Part shown: positions 37,721 to 50,927 of the stretch, piece by piece | Position numbering within the stretch: the first letter of the stretch is position 1 | Layout of the letters: each line of letters opens with the position of its first letter | The notes under the pieces: model-generated | Databases searched by the model: none | Told to the model about the DNA's origin: nothing | The model's input: the letters and a program-made list of their open reading frames with translations, nothing else | NCBI GenBank assembly: GCA_902761715.1 | Contig: CACWLK010000001.1 | Span: forward strand, 10,899 to 74,898 | Source of the DNA: an uncultured Rhodospirillales bacterium | Lineage (GTDB): Bacteria; Pseudomonadota; Alphaproteobacteria; RF32; CAG-239 | DNA length: 64,000 bases | Reading direction: 5' to 3' | Made by a program: the position numbers and the translations under genes

Positions 37721-38646
37721 TATGCAACCTCAATCCTGTACGTACCATTATATTCGCCGGCAGGAGCCCCTTGAGTAACGTGTAATGTTCCGCCGACGTT
37801 TATATATGTATCTTTACTTGTCAATGACGTAATACTTGAAGCCGGAGGATTGGTAACCAAATCCACCAACAGAGAGGTTCCGCCGTTAGATATGCTTGTC
37901 TGGCTGTCAACCGTAACAGTTACCGGACGTGAACCCGATTCCTGCTTGGTAATTTGTATAATTCCGTTGTGATAAGGATACGACGCATCATTGACCACAT
38001 AAAGCGAACTCTGTCTTGTACCATCAGGATTGACCACAACATCATGCGTTGCCGTTGCCAAAAGCGTACCGAAGCTCAAATCTTGTGTACTCTGCACACT
38101 AACTGGCTGCGGATCTATAACCAAACTCACAGATAGTGTACCAGTCACATTTCCTGCACTACTTGCATTGTAACTAACACTCAGCGAACCGCTAAAATCA
38201 CCATAACCGCAGTTGGCAGGAATAGTGATTCTGCCCCCATAATTGAAATTTCCTGTTCCATAGAAACCAACATTTCGTGATGTAGGATTAACCACCATAT
38301 TATCAAATGATACACTACACCCCGAACATGTTGCGGGGGTCGTACACGCTATAGTACCAGTTGCCGTTGCATTTGCAGTAACTGTCTGTCCACTGAACAA
38401 TGTCCAAATAGTAGTATTTTGATACTGCATAATACCATTCTTCTGATCGGAACTCGTAGCAATATTGGTTTGTGTTCCGTATGTTCCATCACTGTCCAAA
38501 ACCACAATTGCTGAATTTTGCGGGTTACTCAAACGAACACTACCGAAGTTCATTGCTTGAGTCATATTAGCATTATCAGCCAGAGCGTTGTTGATTACAC
38601 TCAAAAAACACACAAGTAATGCCCAAAACACCTTCATCATCGACAA
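37717..38646 (-). CDS. secreted protein with two DUF4402/SCPU-like repeats
   Basis: Signal peptide MSMMKVFWALLVCFLSVINNALA. Two modules begin with (N/S)FG(S/T) and end with GDFSGSLSVSYN and GEYNGTYRIEVAY. Confidence 0.5.
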   Translation of the reverse strand: MSMMKVFWALLVCFLSVINNALADNANMTQAMNFGSVRLSNPQNSAIVVLDSDGTYGTQTNIATSSDQKNGIMQYQNTTIWTLFSGQTVTANATATGTIACTTPATCSGCSVSFDNMVVNPTSRNVGFYGTGNFNYGGRITIPANCGYGDFSGSLSVSYNASSAGNVTGTLSVSLVIDPQPVSVQSTQDLSFGTLLATATHDVVVNPDGTRQSSLYVVNDASYPYHNGIIQITKQESGSRPVTVTVDSQTSISNGGTSLLVDLVTNPPASSITSLTSKDTYINVGGTLHVTQGAPAGEYNGTYRIEVAY

Positions 38647-38684
38647 TCCTTACCCAAAAATACTTCTAATATAATTACAGATAA

Positions 38685-38716
38685 CAAAAAAGCTCCACAT
38701 CGTGGAGCTTTTTTTA
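38685..38716. terminator. bidirectional terminator downstream of skp
   Basis: AGCTCCAC-ATC-GTGGAGCT hairpin flanked by an A-run and a T-run. Confidence 0.8.
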
Positions 38717-38734
38717 AAAAATAATCACAGAAAA

Positions 38735-39205
38735 TTATTTAACCATTTCGATTACTTTATCTGTAATATCAATACCGCCTTCCAAAACAACTTCTTTGGC
38801 AAAAACTACATCAAAGCCTTCTTTCTTTGCCAAATCAGCCATTTGAGCACTGATTTTGTCATCAATCTTTTGCAATGCGGCAGCATATTCTTCCTGCATA
38901 GCTTGTTGTTTAGCTACCAATTCTTCATTTGATTTTGCGGCCAACTCTGCGCCTTTTTTCTTATCGTTGCCGGCTTTCTTTTCAATTTCGGCTGTTTTAT
39001 TTTTAATCCATTCTTGCAACTCTTTTGAGCGCTCCTGGTTGAGTTTTCTCAACTCGGCAACATCCTTTGACACATTCACAACCTGCTTAACATCAACAAC
39101 AGCAATTTTTGCTGCTCCTGAATTTGTTGTTAAGGCTTTTGCACCGATACCGAGAACAAAAGCAATCGCCGTAATCATGATAATTCTATAATATGTTTTA
39201 TTCAT
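38735..39205 (-). CDS. skp: OmpH/Skp-family periplasmic chaperone
   Basis: Signal anchor followed by KIAVVDVKQVV and a long K/E-rich coiled region. Confidence 0.7.
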   Translation of the reverse strand: MNKTYYRIIMITAIAFVLGIGAKALTTNSGAAKIAVVDVKQVVNVSKDVAELRKLNQERSKELQEWIKNKTAEIEKKAGNDKKKGAELAAKSNEELVAKQQAMQEEYAAALQKIDDKISAQMADLAKKEGFDVVFAKEVVLEGGIDITDKVIEMVK

Positions 39206-39296
39206 TACTGTTCCCCTGAAATATTAAAATCACACATAGCTTACACTTTGGCTTTTTGCCTGTCAAATGCAAAAGACAACATATCGACCGTAAATA

Positions 39297-42003
<2,707 letters not shown>

Positions 42004-42004
42004 T

Positions 42005-43552
42005 TTATGCTGCCTTTACCTGCTTCAAATATTGGCTGGTGAATTCTTCATAAAACTCGGTCAACTTGGCATCAAGCTCATCAGAAATAACTTTTTTCTC
42101 TGCAATCTCACGCAACAAGTCCGGATGTTCTTTAGCCGCATTATCACGAACCGCCTTTTCAAAGTTTTGTACCTCATTCACCGGCAACTTATCCAAGTAT
42201 CCTCGAACACCGCCGAAAATAACCAAAACCTCTTCCGCAACACTAAGCGGAGAATATACCGGTTGTTCGAGCAAAACCGTCAGCCGTTCACCACGTGCCA
42301 ACAGCTTTTTGGTTGAGGCATCCAAATCCGATGCAAACTTTGCAAATGCCGCCATTTCACGATATTGTGCCAAATCTAGTTTGATTTTTCCGGCAACTTG
42401 TTTCATTGCCTTAATCTGTGCGGCTGATCCGACACGGCTTACCGAAATACCGACATTTACCGCCGGACGAATGCCTTGATAAAACAGCGATGTTTCCAAG
42501 AAAATCTGTCCGTCCGTAATTGAAATTACGTTGGTTGGAATATATGCAGAAACATCTCCGGCCTGAGTTTCAATGACAGGCATTGCCGTCAATGATCCGG
42601 CGCCGTTTTCATCACTCATCTTAGCTGCCCGTTCCAACAGCCTTGAGTGCAAATAGAAAACATCACCCGGATAAGCCTCACGCCCTGGTGGACGGCGGAG
42701 CAACAATGACATTTGACGATATGCCGTTGCCTGTTTTGACAAATCATCATAAAAGATAACCGCATGCATGCCGTTATCACGAAAATATTCCCCCATTGCA
42801 CAACCAGAATACGGAGCAATAAACTGCATCGGTGCAGCATCTGATGCTGTTGCCGCCACAACAATTGTATAATCAAATGCCCCATGGTCTTTCAAAGTCT
42901 GAACAACCTGTGCAACTGTTGAACGTTTTTGCCCTACTGCAACATAAATACAATACAGTTTCTCTTTTTCAGACTTTGCTTGTGCATTGATATTTTTTTG
43001 ATTGATTATTGTATCAACTATAATTGATGTTTTTCCGGTCTGACGATCACCGATAATCAACTCACGTTGACCGCGTCCGATTGGGATCAAAGCATCCACA
43101 ATTTTTAGTCCGGTTTGCACCGGTTCACACACGCTCTGACGCTCGATAATACCCGGAGCCTTAACCTCGGAATTGCTATATTTATCAGCTTTTATGCTGC
43201 CCAAACCGTCAATCGGTTCACCCAAGGCATTCACAACACGCCCCAACAGTGCTTTTCCGACCGGCACACTAACAATTTTATCAGTACGTTTAACAATGTC
43301 GCCTTCTTTAATTCCCGTATCATCACCAAACAATACAACGCCGACATTATCTTCTTCCAAGTTTAATGCCATGCCCTTAACGCCGTTAGGGAATTCGACC
43401 ATTTCATTATATTTTACATTATCCAGTCCATACACGCGAGCGATACCGTCGCCGACGGACAAAACTCGTCCCACTTCGGCAACGTCAATATCAGCTTTAG
43501 CTTCAGCTATTTTAGACTTTAACAGCGATGCTATTTCACTTGCTCCAGACAT
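42005..43552 (-). CDS. atpA: ATP synthase F1 alpha subunit
   Basis: [10 protein letters not shown] Walker A. Confidence 0.95.
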   Translation of the reverse strand: MSGASEIASLLKSKIAEAKADIDVAEVGRVLSVGDGIARVYGLDNVKYNEMVEFPNGVKGMALNLEEDNVGVVLFGDDTGIKEGDIVKRTDKIVSVPVGKALLGRVVNALGEPIDGLGSIKADKYSNSEVKAPGIIERQSVCEPVQTGLKIVDALIPIGRGQRELIIGDRQTGKTSIIVDTIINQKNINAQAKSEKEKLYCIYVAVGQKRSTVAQVVQTLKDHGAFDYTIVVAATASDAAPMQFIAPYSGCAMGEYFRDNGMHAVIFYDDLSKQATAYRQMSLLLRRPPGREAYPGDVFYLHSRLLERAAKMSDENGAGSLTAMPVIETQAGDVSAYIPTNVISITDGQIFLETSLFYQGIRPAVNVGISVSRVGSAAQIKAMKQVAGKIKLDLAQYREMAAFAKFASDLDASTKKLLARGERLTVLLEQPVYSPLSVAEEVLVIFGGVRGYLDKLPVNEVQNFEKAVRDNAAKEHPDLLREIAEKKVISDELDAKLTEFYEEFTSQYLKQVKAA

Positions 43553-43555
43553 TAT

Positions 43556-44110
43556 TTATACTGCCCCTTTCATCAACATCATTAAACGATCAATTTTTCC
43601 TTTAACTGAATCATCAATAATTTTAGAATTACACTCAACCAACAATCCGCCCAAAATTTCGGGTTTGATTTGATAGTCGACCACTACTTTTTTGCCGGTA
43701 TATTTTTCCAATGCGGAAATCAATTTTTTCTTTTGCGTTTCGGTCAAATCTATAACCGTTTTTACCTGTACCGGACAAATATTTTTTTTGCGATAAAAAA
43801 TATCCTTAAAATCCTGCAAAACATAAAACAGAACGCCGGAACGGCCATTCTTTGCCATAGTCTTAAACAGACCGCACATCGGTTGCGATAACTTTTGTTT
43901 TTTTGCTACCACACTCAGTACTGATTCTTTATCATCGTTGCTCAAAATCGGATTGGTCAGATATTTCATAATTTGCGGATCTTCATTAAACTCGTCGACC
44001 AATTTCAGCGTCTCGCCAAAAACCTTTTCGGACACGCCTCTAGCTTCAGCCACCTCGTAAAGCGCCTCTGCATAAGATCGTACCAATTTTGTCTTCTCGT
44101 TTTTTTTCAT
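43556..44110 (-). CDS. atpH: ATP synthase F1 delta (OSCP) subunit
   Basis: First gene of the atpHAGDC block, with the usual OSCP length and pattern. Confidence 0.8.
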   Translation of the reverse strand: MKKNEKTKLVRSYAEALYEVAEARGVSEKVFGETLKLVDEFNEDPQIMKYLTNPILSNDDKESVLSVVAKKQKLSQPMCGLFKTMAKNGRSGVLFYVLQDFKDIFYRKKNICPVQVKTVIDLTETQKKKLISALEKYTGKKVVVDYQIKPEILGGLLVECNSKIIDDSVKGKIDRLMMLMKGAV

Positions 44111-44174
44111 ACCGTATAATCCAATATTAATCTGCCAAAATACTACCCTTTATTAGTTTCTATTTTATTAATTT

Positions 44175-46346
44175 TTACATAAAAGAATAAGGATCAATAT
44201 CAATTTCGATACTTACTTGATTTGGCACATTAACTTTTTGCATCCAAAGTTTAAGTACCTCTTGAATATTTACATTTCTCACCGTTTTAAGCAACAACCT
44301 GAACCGAAATTTATTCCTCAACATAAACACCGGAGCCGGAGCCGGTCCCAAAGTTGTTATATATTCCGTATTCGGCGCCGTTTTTCCCAGTGCTACCGCA
44401 ATTTTTTCTGCCAAATGGGCTTTTTCGCTACTGACAATGATCGCCGCCAATTTTCCGTACGGAGGCATCTTAAGCATTTTTCTGGTTTGTTTTTCCAACT
44501 CCATAAACCTGTTACGATCATTATCAACCAAAGCCTGCAATACCGCATTCTCGGGATAAAGCGTTTGCACAATTACCTCACCGCTTTTTCCGCCTCTGCC
44601 GGCACGCCCTGCAACCTGAGACAACAACTGAAAAGTCTGTTCCGAAGCACGTAAATCGCTTCCCATCAAACCCAAATCGGCATCAACAATTCCCACCAAG
44701 GTAAGCTCCGGAAAATGGTGCCCCTTTGCCAAAATTTGCGTACCGACCATAATATCCAACTCACCACGTTCCATTTCTGCAAACACTTTTGACAGTTCAG
44801 CCACACTTGAAGTCGTATCACTTGAAAGCACTCTTAACCTTGCCTCCGGGAACCTTTTACTTACTTCTTCGGCAATTCTCTCAACCCCCGGACCGCAAGC
44901 TGTAAGTCCAGTTTCAGAGTGGCAATCAGGGCAGACTTTCGGACGGTCAGTCATATATCCGCATCTATGGCATATCAGCTTGTTGCTTGTTCGATGCTCT
45001 GCCAACCATGCCGTACAGTGCGGACATTGCAACCTGTAACCGCAATCTCTGCATATCAATAACGGAGCATAACCGCGACGGTTTAAAAACAACATGGACT
45101 GTTCGCCTTTTTCCAAATTGTCCTTTAGAGCATCAACCAACTTCGGCGCCAGCCACGAAGGTCCCCACTCGCCTTTTTGAGGTTTGTCTTTTTTCAAATC
45201 CACAATCTTAATTTTCGGCAAACTTGCTCCGGCAAAACGTTTAGTCAGTTTAACACAATCATACTTTCCGTTTTCAACATTAACCACGGTTTCCAAATCC
45301 GGAGTAGCCGTAGACAGCACCAGCGGAAAATGTCCGAGTTTTGCTCGTACAACCGCCATATCTCTGCACTGATAGTTAACAAAATCTTCCTGCTTAAATG
45401 AGTGGTCGTGGCTTTCATCAATAACAATCAGCCCCAAATCGGGATACGGCAAAAACAGTGCTGAGCGTGCTCCCACAATTACCCTGGCACGTCCTTCAAC
45501 CGCCGCAATCCAGTTATCGGTTCTTTCTCTGGTACTCAGTCCCGAATGCCAACACGCCGGTTTGACGCCGAAACGTTGTTCGAACCTTGCCAGCCATTGC
45601 GCTGTTAACGATATTTCGGGTACCAAAATCAAAACTTGCCTGTGCTGTTTTAAGGCTTCAGCCGCCGCCTCAAAATAAACTTCGGTTTTACCACTTCCCG
45701 TTACACCATCAATCAAAGTAACCGAAAAGCCGTTACCTACTTTAGCCACAATGTTCTCGGCAGCCGCCTGCTGTTCATCGGTCAGTTTCACTCGAACAAA
45801 ATCAGGTTCCGGCTCATTATATTGTTTTTTCTTAATTTCCTGCCTGCCGACAATCACACCGGCTTTGTTCAGAGCCTCAACCACCCCCGCACTGCAACCG
45901 GCCCCGCGGCAAATTTCCGCTTTGGTATAAGCACCATGCTTCAACAAATCAATCACATGCCATCTGGCATCAGAATTCTTTAATTTTGCCTCTGCCAGAG
46001 TTTTTCCGGTCAGTTCATAAAAAATTTCTGTCGGCTCATCATCAAATGCCTGTTTGACACTTATCACCATCTTCAGCACCATGCCGAGCGGCGCCATATT
46101 ATATTGAGAAACAAATTTAACTAGTTCTGTTATCTCTTTGTTTAATGGTAAAAAATCATATTTTTTAATGATTGATTTCAACTTGTTTGGAGAACAATCG
46201 GAACTCTGCTTTTTACTCCACACCGCCCCGACGATTTCCTGTTTGCCCCACGGAACTCGCACCAATGAGCCAATCGGCAAATCGCCGTCAAATTCATAAT
46301 CAAACGGCTCATCAAAAGGCAATGGCAGCAAAACACCGAAAATCAT
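44175..46346 (-). CDS. priA: primosomal protein N' (replication restart helicase)
   Basis: GVTGSGKTEVY, VIDESHD, and Cys-rich zinc fingers CRDCGYRLQCPHC...CHRCGY...CPDC. Confidence 0.9.
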   Translation of the reverse strand: MIFGVLLPLPFDEPFDYEFDGDLPIGSLVRVPWGKQEIVGAVWSKKQSSDCSPNKLKSIIKKYDFLPLNKEITELVKFVSQYNMAPLGMVLKMVISVKQAFDDEPTEIFYELTGKTLAEAKLKNSDARWHVIDLLKHGAYTKAEICRGAGCSAGVVEALNKAGVIVGRQEIKKKQYNEPEPDFVRVKLTDEQQAAAENIVAKVGNGFSVTLIDGVTGSGKTEVYFEAAAEALKQHRQVLILVPEISLTAQWLARFEQRFGVKPACWHSGLSTRERTDNWIAAVEGRARVIVGARSALFLPYPDLGLIVIDESHDHSFKQEDFVNYQCRDMAVVRAKLGHFPLVLSTATPDLETVVNVENGKYDCVKLTKRFAGASLPKIKIVDLKKDKPQKGEWGPSWLAPKLVDALKDNLEKGEQSMLFLNRRGYAPLLICRDCGYRLQCPHCTAWLAEHRTSNKLICHRCGYMTDRPKVCPDCHSETGLTACGPGVERIAEEVSKRFPEARLRVLSSDTTSSVAELSKVFAEMERGELDIMVGTQILAKGHHFPELTLVGIVDADLGLMGSDLRASEQTFQLLSQVAGRAGRGGKSGEVIVQTLYPENAVLQALVDNDRNRFMELEKQTRKMLKMPPYGKLAAIIVSSEKAHLAEKIAVALGKTAPNTEYITTLGPAPAPVFMLRNKFRFRLLLKTVRNVNIQEVLKLWMQKVNVPNQVSIEIDIDPYSFM

Positions 46347-46470
46347 TTACACTTTTTCTCCACAAAATCATCACTGACTATACCGCATAATAACCGCAAT
46401 GCAAAACCGATTTTACACACAATCCCCAAATTAAGCAGATTTTTGACAAACTGCTTGTTTTATCTCAACA

Positions 46471-46510
46471 AACAAAAAACGGATTGTTTTTTGATAAACA
46501 ATCCGTTTTT
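46471..46510 (-). terminator. Rho-independent terminator of the 77-aa gene
   Basis: AACGGATTGTTT-TTTGAT-AAACAATCCGTT forms a 12-bp stem, with T-runs on both strands. Confidence 0.8.
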
Positions 46511-46530
46511 CCTTCACAATAATAACCGTT

Positions 46531-46764
46531 TCAGCGAAAGAGGATAATCTTTCCTTCATGAGGGCTTCCTTCAATCAAGACTTCATCTCCTTCTTTCAAA
46601 AGGTAACGTCGAGCACCGTCTTGAGGATATTCAAAGGTTCTGTACACGCCTCCAAACAACAACACGACATTTTTGCTCTTAATTTCTCCCGTTTCGGGAT
46701 CGGTATAAATAGCATGCTGAGCTCTCAACACCCTATACCATTTTTTGTTTTTTTCGTCATCCAT
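46531..46764 (-). CDS. hypothetical protein, 77 aa (SD-less cassette class)
   Basis: ORF bracketed by its own promoter and terminator. The leader is TTTTAATTATTGATAGATT-ATG. Confidence 0.5.
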   Translation of the reverse strand: MDDEKNKKWYRVLRAQHAIYTDPETGEIKSKNVVLLFGGVYRTFEYPQDGARRYLLKEGDEVLIEGSPHEGKIILFR

Positions 46765-46792
46765 AATCTATCAATAATTAAAATACCCGTTG

Positions 46793-46821
46793 GTTATACA
46801 AATCAGTCCTCAGGCTGTCAA
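46793..46821 (-). promoter_or_regulatory. predicted promoter TTGACA-17-TATAAC
   Basis: Read by eye on the minus strand. Confidence 0.5.
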
Positions 46822-46862
46822 TCATTTACCAAAAATTAAACCCAAGATATTATATTTGAAAT

Positions 46863-47786
46863 ATGAAAGCTGAAATAAAATATAACGTTGACCGCCTGTT
46901 AAACGAAGTTGTAAAAGACTGGTTACAATGGCTGAAAGATGAGCGTCGCTACTCTGAACATACGGTTGACGCCTATGCTCGAGATTTGTCGCAATTTTTT
47001 GCTTTTTTTGAACAGCCGCAATCAATCGGCTCGCTTTCCAAAATGCAAATTACCGATTTTCGGCGTTATATCAGTTCCCGTCATTGCCAACTTATCACCA
47101 AGTCAGCACTGTCTCGAAAACTGTCATCAATCCGCAATTTCTTTCATTGGCTCAATCGCCGAGGCATTGTTCAAAATTCCGCCATCAGCATTCTGTCATC
47201 ACCCAAAAAAGATAAAGTTTTGCCCCGTGCTCTTGATGTTCCGCAAGCCAAAGGCTTAATTGAAGAAGCCCCTAATTTTGAAAGAGAAAACTGGCAACGA
47301 CTTCGTGACATTGCCATATTTACACTGCTTTATGGTTGCGGTCTGCGTATTTCCGAAGCTGTCAACACCAACATTGGAGATTTTGACAATCAGGATTTTC
47401 TGCGCATCAAAGGCAAAGGCAAAAAAGAACGTATTGTACCAATCTTGCCGGTTGTTATTACCGCCATCAACACTTATCTTGATGCTTGCCCCTACTCTCA
47501 CAACCTCGGAGATCCTATTTTTTTAGGTGCCCGCGGCGAACGTATTAACCCCAGAATTATTGAACGCCAAATGGAAAAAATTCGCAACTACATGGGATTG
47601 CCACCTAACCTAACCCCTCACTCTTTGCGACATTCTTTTGCCACCCATCTTCTCGCTAACGGCACTGATTTGCGCTCAATTCAAGAGTTGCTCGGACATT
47701 CTTCTCTTTCTACCACTCAACGCTATACCGAAGTCGAAATTTCTCAACTTCAAAAAGAATACAATCAAGCCAAATTGCTTGAATAA
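46863..47786 (+). CDS. xerC: tyrosine recombinase XerC/XerD family (XerC-like)
   Basis: LRHSFATHLLANGTDLRSIQELLGHSSLSTTQRYT. RHSFA favours XerC over XerD (RHAFA). That rule is from memory. Confidence 0.75.
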   Translation: MKAEIKYNVDRLLNEVVKDWLQWLKDERRYSEHTVDAYARDLSQFFAFFEQPQSIGSLSKMQITDFRRYISSRHCQLITKSALSRKLSSIRNFFHWLNRRGIVQNSAISILSSPKKDKVLPRALDVPQAKGLIEEAPNFERENWQRLRDIAIFTLLYGCGLRISEAVNTNIGDFDNQDFLRIKGKGKKERIVPILPVVITAINTYLDACPYSHNLGDPIFLGARGERINPRIIERQMEKIRNYMGLPPNLTPHSLRHSFATHLLANGTDLRSIQELLGHSSLSTTQRYTEVEISQLQKEYNQAKLLE

Positions 47787-47815
47787 AAAAAGCACCGACA
47801 AGCGGTGCTTTTTTA
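47785..47815. terminator. bidirectional terminator
   Basis: GCACCG-ACAAG-CGGTGC hairpin between an A-run and a T-run, between convergent genes. Confidence 0.8.
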
Positions 47816-47833
47816 TTCCTACATATGGTCAGG

Positions 47834-48145
47834 CTATTTTGTCGCACTGCCCATCAAATTATTCAGAACAGAAGTAGCTGTTGAGGCCGCTTCTTCATCA
47901 ATTCCGGCTGATTGCAAAGCCAATTTTCTGATACAAGTTTTGCTCAAACTGTCAACTTCGGCCTTAAAACCGCTTGCCATCAATGTTCCTGCTTGCATTT
48001 TACTCTGAGCCTCACTCAACATACAAGCTCTCATTCTGACTCTTACCGGATCACTGGCACTGGCTGAAGTATACGGGCTCAAATCAACACCTGCACAAGC
48101 GGCCAAAGCCATTGTCATTGCAACAACACTTAAAAAATTTTTCAT
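47834..48145 (-). CDS. putative lipoprotein
   Basis: MKNFLSVVAMTMALAAC lipobox. I placed the start at ATG 48145, behind GGGAGGAAA. Confidence 0.6.
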   Translation of the reverse strand: MKNFLSVVAMTMALAACAGVDLSPYTSASASDPVRVRMRACMLSEAQSKMQAGTLMASGFKAEVDSLSKTCIRKLALQSAGIDEEAASTATSVLNNLMGSATK

Positions 48146-48242
48146 GATATTTTCCTCCCATATTCGGATTAAAAGTACAATCAAAAACCACCCTCGTCAA
48201 CCATATTATTACTTATTGACGAAAAATGCTTTTTTCATTACA

Positions 48243-49904
48243 ATGTTGCCAAATGTATTAAAGCAAAGGTTTCCTGTAATGAACATCAATGAATTTGACA
48301 TTTCTACCGCCGAAGGAATAATTCTCCTTAATGATATCCGAATTGACAATCGTGTCTTGCCGCAAGGGCATCGCCTTACTCATGAAGACACGGTTTTTCT
48401 TAAAGCCATCGGTGTCAAAAAAATTACCGGCATCAGCACTGTCCCCAGCGATTTGGAAGCCCATATTGCTCTCGGTATGATTGCCCCCTTAATTTGCGGC
48501 GACGGCATGGCTTACAGCATATCCCCAACCTCCAAAAGTTGTAAATTGGTAGCCGCCGAAGATGGAACATTTTTATGTTCTGAAGAACGCCTGATAAAAT
48601 TTAATCGTATCAGCCAATATTTAATCATAAACACGGTTATGCCTTACAAAACCATTAAAAAAGGAGAAGTTATCGGTAGCTTAAAACTTTTAAGTCCTAT
48701 TGTCGAACAAGACTTTGTAGAAAGCATAGCATATCATTTAGCCGGCAATGAGCCGTTACTCAAAATCAGTAATTCATCATCAATCAAGGCTGCCGTTGTT
48801 TACACCGATTTTTATAATGACAGCTCTGAAGATAAACACTTTTCCAATGTAATCAAAAAACTAAGCAAGAATTTTAATAATCTTGTATTTGAAAAAGAAA
48901 TCCACTGCAATCATGAATATACTGACACCGCCGCTGCCATATCTGAAGCATCGGCAAAATATTCATTGGTATTTGTCATTCCCGGGCTTCCCAGCAGTTC
49001 CGGAGCCGACACAGTGCCCTCTGCCCTTGCTTCATCTGCTGACGAAATTTTGTGCAACAACATTCCTCAAGACACGCTTTCCGACCTTATGATCGGCACC
49101 AAAAAAGGCACAAAAATCATTGTTGTCCCATATCATTATGACAAGGTTGCCTCTTCGCTTTCCGACAAGCTGATTAAAATGGCCATAACTAAAGAAAAAC
49201 TGTTTAAGAATGATTTTCCGCAAAACAACAACATTATTGTTGAGGATCTATCGCTTACTGAAGAAGAAAAAAATAACATCATAATTCCCGAAAAAACGCT
49301 TCGCAAAAATAAAAACGAAGCCAGTATCGCCATTGTGATTTTAGCCGCCGGCAGCAGCTCTCGCGCCCGTCGCAACAAACTGTTGGTTGACATGGGAGGA
49401 GAACCCATGTTTATGAAATCTGTCCGTGCCGCTATCAAATCTAAAGCATCGCCTGTTTATGTAGTAACCGGCTATCGTGCGGAAGAGTTAGAAGAACATC
49501 TTCAAAACCTTGATATTAACATACTCCGTAACAACGACTACGCATCGGGCGTAAAAACCTCAATTCGTTTGGGACTTAATTCCGTACCATCTTTTTGTGA
49601 TGGAGCAATTTTGCTACCGGCGGATATGCCCTATATCACCCCCGAATATCTCAACAAAATGATTGCCTCTTTTGAAAAAGGCAACCGCAAACAACTTTGT
49701 ATAAGTTATTATCAAGGGCGCAAATACAATCCGATTTTATGGGGACGTGATTTATATCAAAATGCCGACCTTGTTCCTGAAAACGCTCACTTAAGAGTAG
49801 TGTTTATTGAACATCATGACTACACCAAACTCGTCGATGCTGACGAGAGTGCATGCGTTGACATTAACTTTCCTTATGACATTGAAATTTTAACCAACAA
49901 ATAA
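48243..49904 (+). CDS. fusion of a molybdopterin-binding-like N-domain with a MobA/MocA-like nucleotidyltransferase
   Basis: The C-terminal IAIVILAAGSSSRARRNKLL...LPADMPYI is the NTP-transferase signature. The N-terminal roughly 330 aa assignment is tentative and the start is uncertain. Confidence 0.55.
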   Translation: MLPNVLKQRFPVMNINEFDISTAEGIILLNDIRIDNRVLPQGHRLTHEDTVFLKAIGVKKITGISTVPSDLEAHIALGMIAPLICGDGMAYSISPTSKSCKLVAAEDGTFLCSEERLIKFNRISQYLIINTVMPYKTIKKGEVIGSLKLLSPIVEQDFVESIAYHLAGNEPLLKISNSSSIKAAVVYTDFYNDSSEDKHFSNVIKKLSKNFNNLVFEKEIHCNHEYTDTAAAISEASAKYSLVFVIPGLPSSSGADTVPSALASSADEILCNNIPQDTLSDLMIGTKKGTKIIVVPYHYDKVASSLSDKLIKMAITKEKLFKNDFPQNNNIIVEDLSLTEEEKNNIIIPEKTLRKNKNEASIAIVILAAGSSSRARRNKLLVDMGGEPMFMKSVRAAIKSKASPVYVVTGYRAEELEEHLQNLDINILRNNDYASGVKTSIRLGLNSVPSFCDGAILLPADMPYITPEYLNKMIASFEKGNRKQLCISYYQGRKYNPILWGRDLYQNADLVPENAHLRVVFIEHHDYTKLVDADESACVDINFPYDIEILTNK

Positions 49905-50927
49905 TCAGGCCCGTTGCATACGGTTTAATACTTCAGTTGCATCATAGGTTTCGGCATAAGCCGGAACTCTGCCTGTTTCTGCCATATATTCGGCATAACT
50001 CGGTGTATCTGACTGTGGCTTTTTAATTATGTCTTTAACAACCTCCAAGCGTTCTGCCGCCAAGTTACCTATATAAAGTTTTTGTGCTTCAAGTTCACAT
50101 AAATCATCTATTCTGCCGCCGCAGTAACAAACCAAATCACATCCGGCCGAAAGCGATGTCTTGGCTTTTTCTCCGATTGAACCCGATAAGGCTTTCATAT
50201 CTATTGCATCTGTAATCAACAAACCGTCAAATCCGATACGTTTTCTGATAACCTCTTTGATTGCCTTGGCACTCATCGTTACCGGAACATTATCTATTTG
50301 CGGCAACACAATATGAGCAGTCATACCCGCCGGCAATCGGTTATTCTCTCTAAACGGTGTCAAATCTTTTTCCAAAGCCTTATCATCACCCTCAATAATC
50401 GGCAACCCCAAATGCGGATCGGTCTTTACCCGACCATGTCCCGGCATATGCTTCATACAAGGACAAATACCGTTTCGGATATATGTTTCCGCCATAATTT
50501 TACCTAATTCTGCAGTTTTTTTACCGAAACAGCGGGATTTTAAAACTTCATGTGTTTGCTTGTATGCAATATCCAAAACCGGCGCATAATTAAAATTAAT
50601 CCCGATTTCGTGCATATCTTCAGCAATGAGGGCCGCATGCATTTCCGTTACTTTTGCCGGCAACTGCCCCAATACATATTGTGATGCATAACTGCGCCAG
50701 TTTGGTTCTGCCAACCTGCGCACACGTCCTCCCTCTTGATCGACAGCAATAATTACGTCATCGCCTATAATTTCTTTGATTGAATTTACCAACAATTTAA
50801 GTTGAGTTTTATCTTCAATGTTCCGTCCGAACAACGAAACCCCGGCCGGCTGTAATTTTTCTAACACCGTTTTTTCTTCATCAGTCAAACTTGTTCCGGC
50901 AACCGAGGCTAATATTGCTGTGGTCAT
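49905..50927 (-). CDS. nagZ: beta-N-acetylhexosaminidase (GH3)
   Basis: AVDQEGGRVRRL and KHMPGHGR motifs. The start at ATG 50927 overlaps the upstream stop as ATGA. Confidence 0.8.
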   Translation of the reverse strand: MTTAILASVAGTSLTDEEKTVLEKLQPAGVSLFGRNIEDKTQLKLLVNSIKEIIGDDVIIAVDQEGGRVRRLAEPNWRSYASQYVLGQLPAKVTEMHAALIAEDMHEIGINFNYAPVLDIAYKQTHEVLKSRCFGKKTAELGKIMAETYIRNGICPCMKHMPGHGRVKTDPHLGLPIIEGDDKALEKDLTPFRENNRLPAGMTAHIVLPQIDNVPVTMSAKAIKEVIRKRIGFDGLLITDAIDMKALSGSIGEKAKTSLSAGCDLVCYCGGRIDDLCELEAQKLYIGNLAAERLEVVKDIIKKPQSDTPSYAEYMAETGRVPAYAETYDATEVLNRMQRA

